Assembly: GCA_964016885.1 (NCBI GenBank)
Contig: OZ024741.1
Location: forward strand, 316,324,001-316,388,000
DNA: 64,000 nt
Direction: 5' to 3'
From: Eledone cirrhosa
Taxonomy: Eukaryota
Each line of letters opens with the position of its first letter. The first letter of the stretch is position 1. The position numbers and the translations under genes were made by a program. The notes beneath the pieces were generated by a model. The model saw only the letters and a program-made list of their open reading frames with translations, searched no databases and was not told the DNA's origin. This document shows positions 40,827 to 54,377 of this stretch, one piece after another.

Positions 40827-42835
40827 AATCTATCAACATCATCATGACCACCACCATCACCATCATTGCTACCGTAACCACCACTGCCACAACCACCACC
40901 ACCATCACCAATCTATCACTACCATCATGACCACCACCATCACCATCATTGCTACCGTAACCGCCACTGCCACAACCACCACCACCACCACCAATCTATC
41001 ACTACCATCATGACCACCACCAACACCATCATTGCTACCATAACCACCACTGCCACAACCACCACCACCACCACCAATCTATCACTACCATCATGACCAC
41101 CACCAACACCATTATTGCTACCATAACCACCACTGCCACAACGACCACCACCACCACCAATCTATCACTACCATCATGACCACCACCAACACCATCATTA
41201 CTACCATAACCACCACTGCCACAACGACCACCACCACCACCAATCTATCACTACCATCATGACCACCACCAACACCATCATTGCTACCATAACCACCACT
41301 GCCACAACCACCACCACCACCACCAATCTATCACTACCATCATGACCACCACCACCACCATCATTGCTACCATAACCACCACTGCCACAACCACCACCAC
41401 CACCACCAATCTATCACTACCATCATGACCACCACCACCACCATCATTGCTACCATAACCACCACTGCCACAACCACCACCACCAATCTATCACTACCAT
41501 CATGACCACCACCACCACCATCATTGCTACCATAACCACCACTGCCACAACCACCACCACCACCACCAATCTATCACTACCATCATGACCACCACCACCA
41601 CCATCATTGCTACCATAACCACCACTGCCACAACCACCACCACCACCACCAATCTATCACTACCATCATGACCACCACCAACACCATCATTACTACCATA
41701 ACCACCACTGCCACAACCACCACCACCACCAATCTATCACTACCATCATGACCACCACCACCACCATCATTGCTACCATAACCACCACTGCCACAACCAC
41801 CACCACCACCACCAATCTATCACTACCATCATGACCACCACCAACACCATCATTGCTACCATAACCACCACTGCCACAACCACCACCACCACCACCAATC
41901 TATCACTACCATCATGACCACCACCAACACCATCATTACTACCATAACCACCACTGCCACAACCACCACCACCACCACCAATCTATCACTACCATCATGA
42001 CCACCACCAACACCATCATTACTACCATAACCACCACAGCCACAACGACCACCACCACCACCAATCTATCACTATCATCATGACCACCACCAACACCATC
42101 ATTGCTATCATAACCACCACTGCCACCACTGCCACAACCACCACCACCACCAATCTATCACTACCATCATGACCACCACCACCACCATCATTGCTACCAT
42201 AACCACCACTGCCACAACCACCACCACCACCACCAATCTATCACTACCATCATGACCACCACCAACACCATCATTGCTACCATAACCGCCACTGCCACAA
42301 CCACCACCACCACCACCAATCTATCACTACCATCATGACCACCACCAACACCATCATTACTACCATAACCACCACTGCCACAACCACCACCACCACCACC
42401 AATCTATCACTACCATCATGACCACCACCATTATTGCTACCATAACCACCACTGCCACAACCACCACCACCACCACCAATCTATCACTATCATCATGACC
42501 ACCACCAACACCATCATTACTACCATAACCGCCACTGCCACAACCACCACCACCACCACCAATCTATCACTACCATCATGACCACCACCAACACCATCAT
42601 TACTACCATAACCACCACTGCCACAACGACCACCACCACCACCAATCTATCACTATCATCATGACCACCACCAACACCATCATTGCTATCATAACCACCA
42701 CTGCCACCACTGCCACAACCACCACCGCCACCACCAATCTATCACTACCATCATGACCACCACCAACACCATCATTGCTACCATAACCGCCACTGCCACA
42801 ACCACCACCACCACTGCCCCCATCAATAATCTATC
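40827..42835. repeat. 83-bp minisatellite, ~24 copies
   Basis: AATCTATC recurs at 40993, 41076, 41159, 41242...; length variants come from ACC copy number. Confidence 0.95.
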
Positions 42836-43663
42836 ACCATCATCATCATCATTATTATTATTATCAACAGTGTTCTTCATTATTTCTGCTCTCTCTGTTT
42901 CTCTCTTTATTCCATAAATAGTTGAATCTATTCAAGTTGATTGGCTGGAAGGTGCTAGAACCTGCTTAATGACCTGTTTAGAGATATGGTGGGGGTAGAG
43001 ATGGGAATACTGGTGGTATATTGGTGGTGTAGTGATGCTATGGTGGTGGTAGTGGTGGTGGTGGTATAGTAGGAATGGTAATGGTAGTATGGCAATTGTG
43101 TGGTGATGGTGTTGTCAGTGGTTGTCATAGTGTAGTGTTGTGGTTAAGTGGTAGTGTGGTGTAGTGGTGTAGTGGAAGTGTGATAGTGGAGTGTGGTATA
43201 GTGGTGGTTGTGTATGGTGGAGTGTACACACACACCAATTGTTTCAGGGAGATAAGCCTCTTATCTAATCATGATCATATCGTTGCTGTGGCAAGCAATC
43301 AATTGGGCTGTATGGCCTGAGATAAGCTGCCGAGGAAAACAAGTTGAGGTGGAATGGACTTAGATAGCATGCTTAAGAGAGAAAAAAAGAGGAAGAGAAG
43401 GCATTTGTATTTAAATATATATCTCTAATTACCACCAACACCACAATCACCACCACTACTGCTGCCATCACTATCATCATCATCATTATCATGTCAGTAT
43501 CATCATAATCACACACATACACACTTTATATATATATATTATCATTATAATTTCTCAATACAGTTGCTTCCTACCTAAGGTTTCAAAGCCTACTCTAGTA
43601 TAAGTCATAGAGATACTACTCATGTTAGTGTTGCATTCTATATGTGTGTGTATGTATATATAT

Positions 43664-43665
<2 letters not shown>

Positions 43666-43697
<32 letters not shown>

Positions 43698-43837
43698 CTG
43701 TTTTACATCCGTTCTTCCACGCTAGCATGGGTTAGACGGGTTGTCCTGTTGTGGGCAGTGTCTGGTCGGCTGACCATGCCTTGCTCATACAGGAACTGAT
43801 TTGGCTTGATTTCTACAGCTGGATGCCCTTCCTAACA

Positions 43838-43838
<1 letters not shown>
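43666..43838 (-). mobile_element. RTE-tailed retroposon 3' part (young subfamily)
   Basis: (CAT)n plus the reverse complement of the shared tail; near-identical inverted copy at 49430-49567. Confidence 0.8.
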
Positions 43839-43883
<45 letters not shown>

Positions 43884-43888
<5 letters not shown>

Positions 43889-44216
43889 GAACCTTGGTTC
43901 ATAAACGCCTCTCATCTCAAACAAATTGATTCATGAACAATTTTTCCAAACATAAAATGTCTTGGTTCACGAACGGTGTCCTGAGTAATGAACACGCAAG
44001 CCAGCAACAACGTTTGGCAACAAGTTTGAGTACTGACAAGAAAGCGTGACTTGCTGTGTCATTAGTTACTATGGTGATATCTATCTGTCTTTCACACACA
44101 GTCTCTCTCTCTCTCTCTCCCACTGTATTTTTCGCTCAACATTCTGTATGGGAAAAATCATTTCGGTTTATGAACATTTCAGGAATGAATTAAGTTCGTG
44201 AATCGAGGTTCCACTT
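43884..44216. mobile_element. Tigger/pogo-like MITE
   Basis: TA|CAATGGAACCTTGGTTCATAAAC ... GTTCGTGAATCGAGGTTCCACTT|TA: ~23-bp imperfect TIRs and TA duplication; the internal part recurs at 31177-31300. Confidence 0.8.
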
Positions 44217-44226
44217 TATATATATA

Positions 44227-44470
44227 TGGCTGAGTGGTTAGAGAATTGGATTCACAATCGTGAGGTTGTGATTTTGATTCCCAGACTGGGCAATGCGTTG
44301 TGTCTTTGAGCAAGACACTTTATTTTGCACTGCTCCTTCTGCCTGGAGTTGTGACCAACTGATAGTATTAGCAATTGGAAAGACCAATGGAAACATTGTT
44401 TCCTCGGTCCAATTTGACGAGTTCCACCCCACTTGTTAAGCACATGAGGACTGGGATCTTGTTGATCGAC
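44227..44470 (+). mobile_element. tRNA-derived SINE, second body type
   Basis: Homologous to 24512-24725. Confidence 0.8.
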
Positions 44471-44508
<38 letters not shown>

Positions 44509-46539
44509 GAAACACAGATATATGCGGGGACACACATATACATGAATGCATCCACATCCAACCGTGAGTTAATGGTGCCAACCTTACCGATGTTGCTCTA
44601 TGAATGACTGGGACAGACCAATCCGGTTGAATTAGACTGAACCAGTATCAGAGCTAAAAATACATTATGAAGAGAGAAGAAACATTTAGATATAATTAGT
44701 AATAAAATGTATCATACCTGTTTCTTCTCTCTTCATAATGTATATATATATATATATATGTATATATACACATACATTCACATATATCATCAGCATCATC
44801 ATCATTTAACATCTATTTTCCCTGTTAACAAATATTGTCACCGGCTATGTCAGTGAGCTACTGACCTTTCAGATGGGCTGGGGAAGCCACATTTTGCTTA
44901 CATATGTACCTGTACTTGACAAAGTGCATCAAGTCTATTTTATCATAGCTCTAACACTAGAGAGGTTATCATGTGTTTGACATAACAAAAGAGTCCTTCT
45001 GAGCCTTTGTTTGGCACATTTTCAGTTGTGTCAAGAATATTACAGCTTTCCTAATGCTGATGCCTCAATAAGATGCAACCCGTAAAGTAGTTGGCATTAG
45101 GAAAGGCATGTAGTTGTAGAAACCAATCAAAACTGTTAGCTATTACATTAAATCCTCTTAAATTCTTATTTTCAAACTTAATGAATGCACACAATAATCA
45201 GTACATTTCATTAAGTAAGTTTTGTGAAGGAGTGTGGCATAGTGGTTACAATGTTAGACTTATGATTATAAGATTATGGGTTTCTATTCCAGGACTGGGC
45301 AGCATGTTGCATAACTGAGAAAAATGTCTCCTGGTGAGAGTGGGGCTGGCCATCATTAAAACATCCGTGAAATCTCCTGTGGGATACAACCTCATAGAGG
45401 TGGGGGTGGGGGGTGCAACTAACCCTGCATAAGTGTGAGCTGTAAATATCATTTCATTAACCCTTTCAAAAACAAATCCCCTCCTCTTGTATAAAGTGTT
45501 GACATTTTATATTAAGACATTCCATCATACAGGAATTTCTTGGTAAGTTTATGTTCCTAATACTAGCTCAATAATGATGAGAAAATTTAGTTTTTATACT
45601 TTTCTTCATAACAAAATCCCTGTAAAATGTTTGATTACTTAAAAATTTTAATTAAAAAACACAGTAGGGGGTAATGTGATCTCATAAGAAATATGGTTCT
45701 CAAAAGGCGGGGTGAAGCTTAGTTAATCTGGTTATATCACTGTTGGGCTGTCTACTAATGTGTGTGTGTGTGTGAAAGAGAGAAAGAGAGAGAGGGAGAG
45801 AGAGAGAGGGGGGAAGGAGAGATAGAGAGCAACAGGAGTAAATGTGAATAAACAACAATGACAAACAGCATCACCATACCATATCAAAAGCAAAAACTAA
45901 AACTAAATAAAAAAAAAATCAAGAAAATTCCAAATAGAAATGTAAGGGAAAAGGGGTTTTATTGAAGGTAGAGAGGGGGGAGAGGACTTGTTTTTTTAGT
46001 AGTTTTTGTTGTTTTTTATATATATCTATATTTTATTACACCCCACTACCACTACTAACATTACCACCATGTTTCCACCACCACTACTACCACCTCCACC
46101 TAACAACACTGCCACCACTGCTGCTACCACCTCTACCCCAACAATTACTATCACACCACCACTACTACTACTACCATCCATCATCACTCCCACCACCACC
46201 ACCACTCCTCACCCCAGCCCCAATACCATACAAAAACCGCCCCAATGAGTTCTAGTGAATCATTGTTCAAGAATTCCGTCACTGCCTTTAATGACTAACT
46301 TATGATGACTCCATCTTTGGAAGTTAATTAATAAAATAAAATAAAATAAATAATAATAAATAAAAGATGTAAATAATATATATATATGGTATAAAAAACG
46401 ATAGGTGCTTCTTCAGAGTGTGCTCTACCACATTACCTGCAGTTTACACTGTGTAATGACCTGACCAGCCTACCTTGTAACAGTTTGCTTAGAGTTATGG
46501 TAAGGGTTACTGTTAGAGTTAGTTTCTGTACTTGATGTA

Positions 46540-47160
46540 GACAACACACTGAACTGTAAATGACAAAGTATACCACACACTAAAGTGTAAATGACCAGGT
46601 AAACCACACACCTGAACTGTAAATGATCAGGCTGACCACACACTGGCCAGGTAGACCATACATAAATGGCCAGATAGACCATACACTGAGCTGTAAATAG
46701 CCAGGTAGACCACACACTGAACTACAAATGACCAGGTAAACCACACACTGAACTGTAAATGACCAGGCTGACCACACACTGGCCAGGTAGACCATACATA
46801 AATGGCCAGGTAGACCATACACTGAGCTGTAAATAGCCAGGTAGACCACACACTGAACTACAAATGACCAGGTAAACCACATACTGAACTGCAAATGACC
46901 AGGTTGACCACAAACTAGTGTAAATGACCAGGTAACCACACACTGATATAAATAAATGACCTGGTAGACAACACACTGAAAAGTAAATAGCCAAGTAAAC
47001 CACACATTGGACCAGGTAGACCACACACTGAACTGTAAATGGCTTGGTAGATTATATACTGAACTATAAATGACCAGGTAGATCAGGTAGACCACACACA
47101 CTGAGCTCTAAATGATCAGGTAGACCACATACTGAACTCTAAATGAACAGGTAGACTGCA
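46540..47160. repeat. ~31-bp minisatellite with a 136-bp higher-order duplication
   Basis: Monomer GACCAGGTAGACCACACACTGAACTGTAAAT; block 46613-46748 repeated at 46749-46884. Confidence 0.9.
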
Positions 47161-48480
47161 TGCTAAAGTGACACCAAATGGTAACTGGTATAAAAGATGG
47201 AGTGGGGGGAAATGTGGTATTTTATTTAATTTCTTTTTTTTTTTTTTAATTCAATACAATAAAATTGGACCTCAGTCAATAACTCATATCCTAGCAACTA
47301 TATTAGGGGGTCTACATAGGTCTGGAAGACTATTTGTTGTCGTTCTAACTGATGTGGAAAAGAAATAGGGCCGACCATCAGATCTGTCCATTGGACTTTC
47401 CATTACTGATTCTATCTGTTGGTTGCAACTCCTGGTAGAATTTGAATGTATAAAGCCAGAACAGATACTGTTAAGCATCTTGTCCAACTCTTTAATACTT
47501 CTACCATCAATTCTGAAAGGATGAAAGGTAAAGTTGAAATTGGCAGGATTTAAACTCAGAATGCAGAGAGCCAGAACTAATTCTCAGACATTTAACTCAA
47601 TGCTCTACCAACACTAACAATTCTACCATAGAAAATGTCTCACCCAATCCCTGCTAACATGGAAAAGTAGCAATGATAATACTAATGATATATATATATA
47701 CATTCATCATACACATACATATATTCATACCTAATTTTTAGATGAATCTTTCAATTAATGGTACTACTCATTCCATTGTAGTATAGATGGCTGAGTATTC
47801 CATGGACACCTGCCCATTTAATGTAACACATTGGCAAACTTAGCTCCACAGTGTGTGAATAATAAAAGTTGGTCCTTTGAATTCTAGGTAAAATCCATCC
47901 AAGGGACTTCCACAGAGGTTCCAGCTATGCTGCTTCATTCACAAAGTTATGGTAGACACCACAAAAGGGCAGAAAAGCCATCCTAAATGTTTCAGTGAGA
48001 TAAGACCCACTATCTAATGAAATGAACCTATTACGTAAAATATATACATACTCATACAAATATATATACACATATACAGATGATACACACACAAAAACAC
48101 AATACACATATAGACACAAATACAAGTATAATATAAAGATAATGACATCAATGGCATGTATTTATACACATGTATGTGTGTGTATACATATATATTCTTT
48201 CAAAATCTTGAAGGATTCCCAGAAAGTAGTTGATAGCTTCTGTTACTTAGGTGACCTGTTTCAGCTAATAGCTGTACTAAATCATTGTGATCCAACATTG
48301 CTTTGGCTTCTTGCCAGGAAAGAAAAGAGACTGCTGTCTTTTCCACATTAGTCACTCACATAATATATACACACACACACACACACTCACACACACATAT
48401 ATATGATGATGATGATGATCACATACACACACATATAAATATATATGATACATATACATATATATACACATACATATATA

Positions 48481-49300
48481 ATCATTATCATCATCATTCT
48501 TTTTTACATCCATTTTTCCATGCTTGTATGGGTTGGATATGTCGTTTTCAGCATACTATCTCTCCACTCATTGCATTCCTTCATCATCTCCTTTTGAGTC
48601 TCAGCAATTTGAGATCAGCTCTCACCACCTCTGCCCAAGTCTTCCTTGGTCAACCTCTACTGTGGCTTCCTACCATGGGATGTACGGGTACTTCTTCATC
48701 CAGCAATCATCGTCTATACGCATCACATGTCCATACCAATGCATTTTTCTCTCTTGCTCACCACTTTTTTTCCCTTAGTTCATCCAAGCTCTGCCTTTCT
48801 CTCCCATTTACATTGCTTATCTAATGAAACATGGTAGCTTCATTTCTCTCTAGCCTATGCAGTCACTACCCATATTTCACTACTATGCAGAATTGCACTT
48901 CACACACAGACATCATACAGTCATCCGGTATGTAAGGATACACCTTTTGTTGGCAACAGTGGGAGTAGCTCCCTGCACTTCTTCAATCCTATCCTTATTC
49001 TAGCTATTATGCTCCCTGAACACCCACCTCCACAGCTAATGAGGTCACCTAGATAGCAGAAGCTATTAACCACTTCTATGGTTCCTTCATATCAATGGAA
49101 AAGGTTTATATCACTGTCACTCTTCTACTCGATTACTCCTGCCAGCTATTACATATGAAGTTTTCCTTTCTTATTAGTCTACCTGGTATCCCATTACATC
49201 TCTTGTGGACCCAAATTTACTTAGTGTACATCATATAGAGTTAATGCCTACTCCTTTTCTACATTTTCAGCTAGGCCACTTCTCGGAAAGAATCACAGTC
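48481..49300 (-). mobile_element. Degenerate RTE-clade LINE, C-terminal ORF and 3' tail
   Basis: Minus-strand motifs EVVNSFCYLGDLISCGGG..ARIRIG..RELLPLL, WYGHVMRIDDD, PRKTWAEVVRADLKLL, then the shared RTE tail and (GAT)n. Confidence 0.85.
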
Positions 49301-49429
49301 CTACTTTTTTTTGTTTATTTCTTTAGGTCTGGCTACATATTTCTGTGTGTGTACTTTCAACCAATTCATTGTTGCATGTGTTGTATATGGTAAACTGTGA
49401 GAAGTTGTATATAAGAACATATATGTGCC

Positions 49430-49567
49430 AAAATCAGCCAAAATCAGTTCCTGTATGAGCAAGGCATGGTCAGCCGACCAGACACTGCCCACAACTGGAC
49501 AACCCGTCTAACCCATGCTAGCATGGAAGAACGGACGTAAAACAGTGATGATGATGATGATGATGAT
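49430..49567 (+). mobile_element. RTE-tailed retroposon 3' part (young subfamily)
   Basis: Reverse complement of about 43680-43810 with few mismatches; (GAT)n tail. Confidence 0.8.
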
Positions 49568-49929
49568 GTGAGTGCGTGTGTATATATACATGTGCATATA
49601 TATATATGTATATATATATATGTGTGTGTGTGTGTGTATAAATATATATATACACATACACACACACACCTATATGTAGATATATAAACATGCATATATG
49701 TAGACATGTATATGCGTATATACATTTGTACAAGTGCATATGTGTGACACTAATGTAGAAAAGATAGCAGTATATTTGCTTTCCTGGCTGGAAGCCAAGG
49801 CAATGTTGGTTGATAATGTCTTGGTACAGGTATCAGGTGAAACAACTTGCTGGCAGATAGAATACATTGATAGGTAGGTAGGTGTATATATACATACATA
49901 CATAGATTTTATTGGTTTAAAGTACATAC

Positions 49930-50004
<75 letters not shown>

Positions 50005-50269
50005 TATATATATATCCATATACATGTGTAAATATTGTATATATATATATTAGTAAAAGTTTCAACTATTTATCTCTTTTGGTAACAATATATATATGTG
50101 TAGGTGTCACGACAAAAAGCAGCCAGTGCACACTGTAAATGTGGTTGGCATTAGGAAGAGCATCCAGCCATAGAAACCAAGCCAAAATCAAAGCATGGCC
50201 ACCTGATCTGGCTTGTCTCACAGTAGGAAAACTCGTCTAACCCATGTTACCATGAAAAAATGGATGTTA

Positions 50270-50308
<39 letters not shown>

Positions 50309-50659
50309 ATATATATATACACACACATACATATTGTATTACAGCTAAATAGTGAATCTTGTTACTGTTTCAACTGTATATATTATATGTACGCAAAAGT
50401 GAACTGTAACAACAAAGCAAACAACACATTACAATGAAGAAATATATGAGTTTCATGTTTTATATTTGCTGCTACCTTTTCTACTCTAGTGTCACAAACA
50501 TTTAGTCTACCTCCAATGTAGGTCATGGCATAATTTGTAATTAGAACATAAAGGACCAGAAAAAGTACTCCAGGAAATCCTGTCCTGTTTGATGTTCCAC
50601 CGATTCTGTCAGTTGCCCACATTAGACTAGTACCTTACTTGGTTACATCCCCCACTCCC

Positions 50660-51095
50660 ACGCCACTAACCCTCTATAGAATGCCAAGGTGGAGTTTCCA
50701 CCTATTCTACTGCTTAATTGGTAAAGGGTTGTGATCACTTGAAAAGATTCCAGGTGCCAATCACTCCTTCTTGGTCTTCAATTGACCCAAAACTGCAGGT
50801 CCATCAAGGAAACAAGCTGGTAAAAAACCTATCTAGACTGTTCATTCTCAAGAAAACACTGAAGATATTGTAGCCTCAGCACGTTTGCACATCATCAGCC
50901 ACAGTATACCCAGACCTCCACACAGCAAATGTTAACAGTAAATGGACCACCTGACTGACCAGTGGAACCTGTCTCTTTCACAAAAAACAGAAGAGAAACG
51001 CCCCAGTGCAGTCAGACATGGACCATGACAAGGCACCACAGTCAAGCGGTAGTAGATGACGGACGCGATGGACGTATTCCCTACCTTCACAGCAC
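50660..51095 (-). mobile_element. Old degenerate L1/Tx1-clade ORF2 fragment related to the 29.3-30.5 kb element
   Basis: 50670-50820 aligns with 30130-30285 (CCTCTATAGAATGCCAAGGTGGAGTTTCCACC...); the minus strand reads SIASVIYYRLTVVPC..GGLG-type motifs with stops and frameshifts. Confidence 0.75.
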
Positions 51096-51149
51096 TAATG
51101 ATTTTGCCGATCCACTGCTCTTATAATAATAACACTAATGATATAGTAA

Positions 51150-51337
51150 TAATTGTTTCTACTTTTGGCACAAGGCCAGCAATTACCCCAGTACTTTACT
51201 GGTGCTTTATTTTATCGACTTTGTAAGCATGAAAGGCAAAATTAACCACAGCAGGATTTGAACTCAGACCGTAAAGGGTCGTAACTCTATGCTACAAAGC
51301 ATTGTGTCCGACCCTCTTCCGATTAAGTCAATCCACC
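51150..51337 (-). mobile_element. Meta-like-core SINE about 40 nt from the microexon donor
   Basis: Same family as 30720-31102. Confidence 0.85.
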
Positions 51338-51376
51338 ATCTTGATATACCAATAATAACAGCAGAGCATGACTTAC

Positions 51377-51406
51377 CGATTCTTCTCTAATTCGTTGTGA
51401 GTTGAC
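51377..51406 (-). CDS. MXI1: 30-nt internal coding microexon of a Mad/Mxi1 (MXD family) bHLH-ZIP gene, basic region (R)STHNELEKN(R)
   Basis: Minus strand reads ttattaacttttttctattttctaattttgtag|GTCAACTCACAACGAATTAGAGAAGAATCG|gtaagt: long polypyrimidine tract, AG acceptor, consensus donor. Phase 2-2 translation matches the RSTHNELEKNR of MXI1/MXD proteins (Mnt has REVHNKLEKNR). Vertebrate MXD1/MXI1 encode this peptide on a 30-nt exon. The symbol is family-level only. Confidence 0.92.
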
Positions 51407-52794
51407 CTACAAAATTAGAAAATAGAAAAAAGTTAATAAATTACAGGACAACAACAATAAATAACTGATGCAAAATTTTTTTTTTTTTCTTTAATTTTCA
51501 ATTCTGTTTACAATTTGGGGTCACTCCAGCCTGTCTGGTCTTGGACCTTGACCACCCATCAAATACATGTTAGTGTGGAAACGGATGATGATGATTTGTT
51601 TTATTACTGGTATCACAATTGCTATATTTAGGAAGGCCTCAAATGACAGACAACTGTTTTTAAAAAATCCCTGACTTTTACTGTGCACTAAAAGAAAAAT
51701 ATTCAGGACAAGGCCTCACAGTAAGTACAATGGATAACAGGCAGAGATGTGGAGTCCTTAATCTGACCTAAGTAGTGGGTTCTCACTCATGTGTGGGTGG
51801 AAACTCTAAATATTTAGGGATGGATGAGGCAAGTCAATTAAATTGCCCTCAGTACTTGACTAGTACTTTATTTTATCAACTTTAGAAAGATGAGAGAGAA
51901 AGTGGGATTTGAACTCATAACATAAATAGCAATAACTAAATGCTACAATTTTATTTTTTGTTTTGTTTACATCCAGCAGAAGATAGCATCTAGTCAAACA
52001 CACCCCCTCATATCAAAGAGAAAATGAAAGTAACTTCACAGAAAACAAATAAATAATAAATAAAAGGATAAGAAATTTAATTTTACAACAAAACACACAA
52101 CACTATTACCATCCATGAACCAACGAATGAGTATTTGGATTCTCTCTCAACATGCTAGAAACAATAGCAAAATCTACCATGAACCACACTCTCACCATTT
52201 CAACAAAAAAAAGGACACAATGGTTTACGTGGTCCTGGTTTTCTTGCACATAAATGAAAGATGGTATAGTCATGGCTGGAATGTCCATTGACATTTTATA
52301 ATAGGTAGACTAAACCAGGGCTGAATGGGGGCCAAACAACAGCAACATCAACAACAGTACATTACCATGACAGTTATTCACAACTACAACCAGTACTTCT
52401 ATACTTGTTATCACCACCATCCATCACCACTACTACCATTACTACCACCTGTGTCACTATTGCAATTACCATAATAACAACCACAACCACCAGTATCATT
52501 AATGCCACAACCATTACTGTCTCCTGTGTCACTATCATGATGACCAGCAACAAACTAACATTATGACAACTGCCAACACAACCACCACCATGACCACTAC
52601 CCACACAATCATCATTAATGATGCTGGCCATTACTGCCAACACTATCACAACCACCAACAACAACTAACAACAACAACAGGAAAAAATACTAACAAATAC
52701 AAGAGATTTTCAAAAATGTCTTTTAATTGTACAATAGCAACAAATGTTACTGTAACGTTCATGTTGGAACTTGCATTACACAGACATACACATA

Positions 52795-52845
<51 letters not shown>

Positions 52846-53331
52846 TGCATGTGTACACAGGCACACACACATCTACATAGACACTACACACAAACACATA
52901 TATATATGTGTGTATATATACATACATATGCACAAACACACACATATACACAAAATGTATAAACATGATAGGATGAAAGCAAATAAAAAAGGAAAACAAA
53001 AACAAAATACTACAACACCACCACCAACAACAACAACAACAACACTAACAACACCACAACAATAGTAGCAATAACAACTAGAAGAACAACAACACTTTCA
53101 AAATCCAAACCAATAAATATGTTCATTTCTAATATCACTGGAAAGTCACAACACACACCTGTGTGCGGGGAGAGGACAGAAAAGACATAATTATAGCAAC
53201 ACCTGTATTTCATTGGTACTCTATATATTTTTCTACCCACTGAAAAGAGGATAAGTAAAATTGACCGTAGCAGGATTTGGGGTGTAGCCAAACACCACAA
53301 GGTGGTATCCTTTATTGTTATTATCATCATT

Positions 53332-53537
53332 GGCAGTATCAGTAGAGCACCGGACAACCTACTTTCTGGCACAGAGTTACATCCTATTATGTTCTGAGTT
53401 TGAATCCCGCCGAAGTTAGCTTTGCCTTTTATCCTTAAAAGGTCGATAAAATAAAGTACCAGTAACAAACAGGGGTTGATTTAATCGACTTTCCCATCCC
53501 ACCAAATCATTGGCCTTGTGCCTAAATCAGAAACTTT
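53332..53537 (+). mobile_element. Meta-like-core SINE
   Basis: GAGTTTGAATCCCGCCGAAGTTAGCTTTGCCTTTTATCC..GGTCGATAAAATAAAGTACC. Other copies at about 395-570(-), 4453-4590(-), 19565-19660(-), 39765-39872(-), 47495-47610(-), 51825-51950(-), 53205-53285(-), 55533-55660(-) and 59940-60070(-). Confidence 0.8.
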
Positions 53538-54335
53538 CCATACTGGCATGAGTTGGAAGGGTTGTCACAGTTCAGTTACTGCTCTCCTAGACAGATCAGT
53601 GTCCAAATGTCTAACTTGTTATGTTTCATGTTTGGTGGTAGGGTTTCTAAGATCAGATTCTCTTCCTAAAACTAAACAATCAACAGTGTATACTGGACAT
53701 ATTTTATCATAACACCAGCACTACAACTTTACAGAGTGTGTTGGCCGAATTTTAACCTGGGACCAGCACTAGTGAGTTTACCCTAGATCTTGTGAGATTG
53801 GGGGTTGGGAACTCATCACTCAATATTGCCGCAGCCAATTTAAGGCATATAATCAGGAGAAGGTGGTATATATAAAAAAGACCTTATAAATAAAAATGTT
53901 TTAACTCCAACAGTTGCGAATTAATACTGTATATATATATATTATTTGCATAAGGATAGTGGATAAAGAGGACATTACAAGGACATGTTAAATACAGTGA
54001 AGATGATGTTAATATATATATATGGACCCACAATACCTGATGGCTTTGAAGGATGTTTTAAGCCTGGCAGAGCCCATGTCCTCTCCATGTCTGAACACAA
54101 CATATTTCTTCCAAAGAAGGATAGAGAGTGAGAAAGGCAAAGTTGACCTCAGAGGGATTTGAATTCAGAGAGCTGAGGGTTATAATGAATACCACAAAGC
54201 ATACTATCCGACGTTCTAACAACTCTGTCAAATTGCCTCCCAAATATACCTCGAGTTATCCATGTCGTAGAGTGTTTATGTCTGTTTTTACTAGTCATTC
54301 AATTAATTGATCAACCAACGTTTCTTTACATGGAA

Positions 54336-54377
<42 letters not shown>

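Noticed and set aside
43237-43285. Minus-strand AGATAAG/CTTATCT hairpin followed by GAAACAATTG
   Set aside because: No CTGANGA box or stem I; too degenerate to call.
46540-47160. CRISPR-like appearance of this and other arrays
   Set aside because: Eukaryotic context, no unique spacers, no cas genes.
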